Part shown: positions 62,905 through 64,000 of the stretch, piece by piece
How the letters are laid out: each line of letters opens with the position of its first letter
Numbering within the stretch: position 1 is the stretch's first letter
Notes under the pieces: model-generated
What the model was told of the DNA's origin: nothing
The model's database searches: none
Seen by the model: only the letters and a program-made list of their open reading frames with translations
Made by a program: the position numbers and the translations under genes
Origin: Monocercomonoides exilis PA203
Taxonomy: Eukaryota > Protista > Preaxostyla
NCBI GenBank assembly: GCA_001643675.2
Contig: LSRY02000047.1
Location: forward strand, 248,001 to 312,000
Direction: 5' to 3'
Length of the DNA stretch: 64,000 bases

Positions 62905-63472
62905 AAAAATCAGTGTGTCAGCCTTTTATTGATTGAGTATTGGAAAGCGAAGAAAATGTCAAAAAATCATCGTATCGAAAAAATGATGAAAAATCGAATC
63001 CAAATAAATATTATTTGTTGAATAACACAAAAAAATCTTCTTTTTCTGACAAAAATCATCGCCATGGAGATTTAATTATTTTTCAATGATTACCCCTCAC
63101 ATTGTTTTATTATGCATAATCCTATTAAGGAAAGTTATTTTTATTTTCATAAATTTTAATGAAAAATATTTAAATCATAAATAATTCAGAAAGTGTATGC
63201 ATCGATGAATTCAATAGCGAATAAAGTGTAACTTTCAGCATCCTGTTTTTTTGTCAATACAAAATAGTTATTGAAAATGGATAGTCTCACAATATGAGAT
63301 AAATTTATTCTTAAAATATCATATTTCCATGACGATGATTTTTGTCAGAAAAAGCGGATATTTTTGTGTTTTTCGACAAATAATATATTTGATTATCTTT
63401 TAATCCACATTTTCACAATATAAATTATCTGTTTGAAAATTCACTTTGAATATTGATAAATAAACACTGATT
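62905..63472. repeat. Degenerate foldback remnant
   Basis: caaataaatattatttgttgaataacacaaaaa..ttttctgacaaaaatcatcgccatgga (63001-63068) pairs with tccatgacgatgatttttgtcagaaaaa..tttttgtgtttttcgacaaataatatatttg (63326-63391). Weaker outer pairing aatcagtgt/acactgatt. Confidence 0.65.
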
Positions 63473-64000
63473 AGTTGTAACCTCTTTCAAACGTTATTTT
63501 TTTTTTTAAATATAATCCCTTCAATTGTAATATTTAACAATTATCATGACTTTTTTATTGAATGAATAAAACATCTCCAAAGAAATAAAACTGTTGAAGA
63601 ATCAGCATTTCAAAAATTGTTTTATATTTGGAGGAAAATATGAACTTACAAGCTTTTTATGCACAAAGCATATAAAAATTGTTTCACTTATAACCTTATT
63701 AAACTTTATCAGATTTCAAAATAAATAAGATTTTCATATATTTAAACTAACATCATTGAAATAATAACATTATGTTTTGTGACCTCACATGTATTTCAAA
63801 AAATAAACCCATTTATTTCACATTTTTTGATCACAAAAAGTTTATCTGATGTGCATAATTTTTCAATGAAAATGCCTGAAGTTATATAATTTTGTCCCAT
63901 TTCAATATAATCACCCGAATTATTGGGATTTAATTTTTCATTATTTTCATTAATATTGAAAAGTTACGGTATTTTAATCACTTTCCGACGCTCAACCAAT

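Noticed and set aside
1-64000. Stop-codon reassignment (TAA/TAG to Gln), as known in some related flagellates
   Set aside because: Multi-kilobase ORFs are open under the standard code, and genes end in TAA and TAG as well as TGA.
1-64000. CRISPR arrays, tRNA/rRNA genes and prokaryotic operons
   Set aside because: No repeat-spacer periodicity or RNA-gene signature was seen; the genes carry spliceosomal introns.

Overview
Eukaryotic, intron-rich, AT-rich genomic DNA read with the standard genetic code. The gene families (giant beta-helix/TM/pseudokinase receptor; 'FSELE..EQKQKI..YHQEHHNL' repeat-family protein), the short GTTTG/GTATG..YAG introns and the Ser/Glu homopolymer tracts most resemble the oxymonad Monocercomonoides; this is recognition from memory, not a database search. 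About 12 protein genes can be assembled by hand across introns: a large low-complexity unknown gene running off the left edge, a lineage-specific family member, a possibly decaying unknown gene, a ~2700-aa receptor-like pseudokinase, a NEK-like pseudokinase, TBC1D31-like, a Kelch/Cys-rich/3-TM protein, a TOM1/THH1(GPR137)-like 7-TM protein, JHY-like, an LCAT/PLA2G15-family acyltransferase, an S9C dipeptidyl-peptidase-V-like protease and ARMC2-like. The intergenic DNA holds many non-coding foldback (long terminal inverted repeat) elements of at least five sequence families. Several carry GGGT..ACCC at their ends; the set includes an abutting pair, a nested insertion whose target duplication can be read from the intact sister arm, and two copies whose differences are mirrored in both arms. 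No transposase, RNA gene or CRISPR array was recognised. Exon boundaries and identities were judged by eye.
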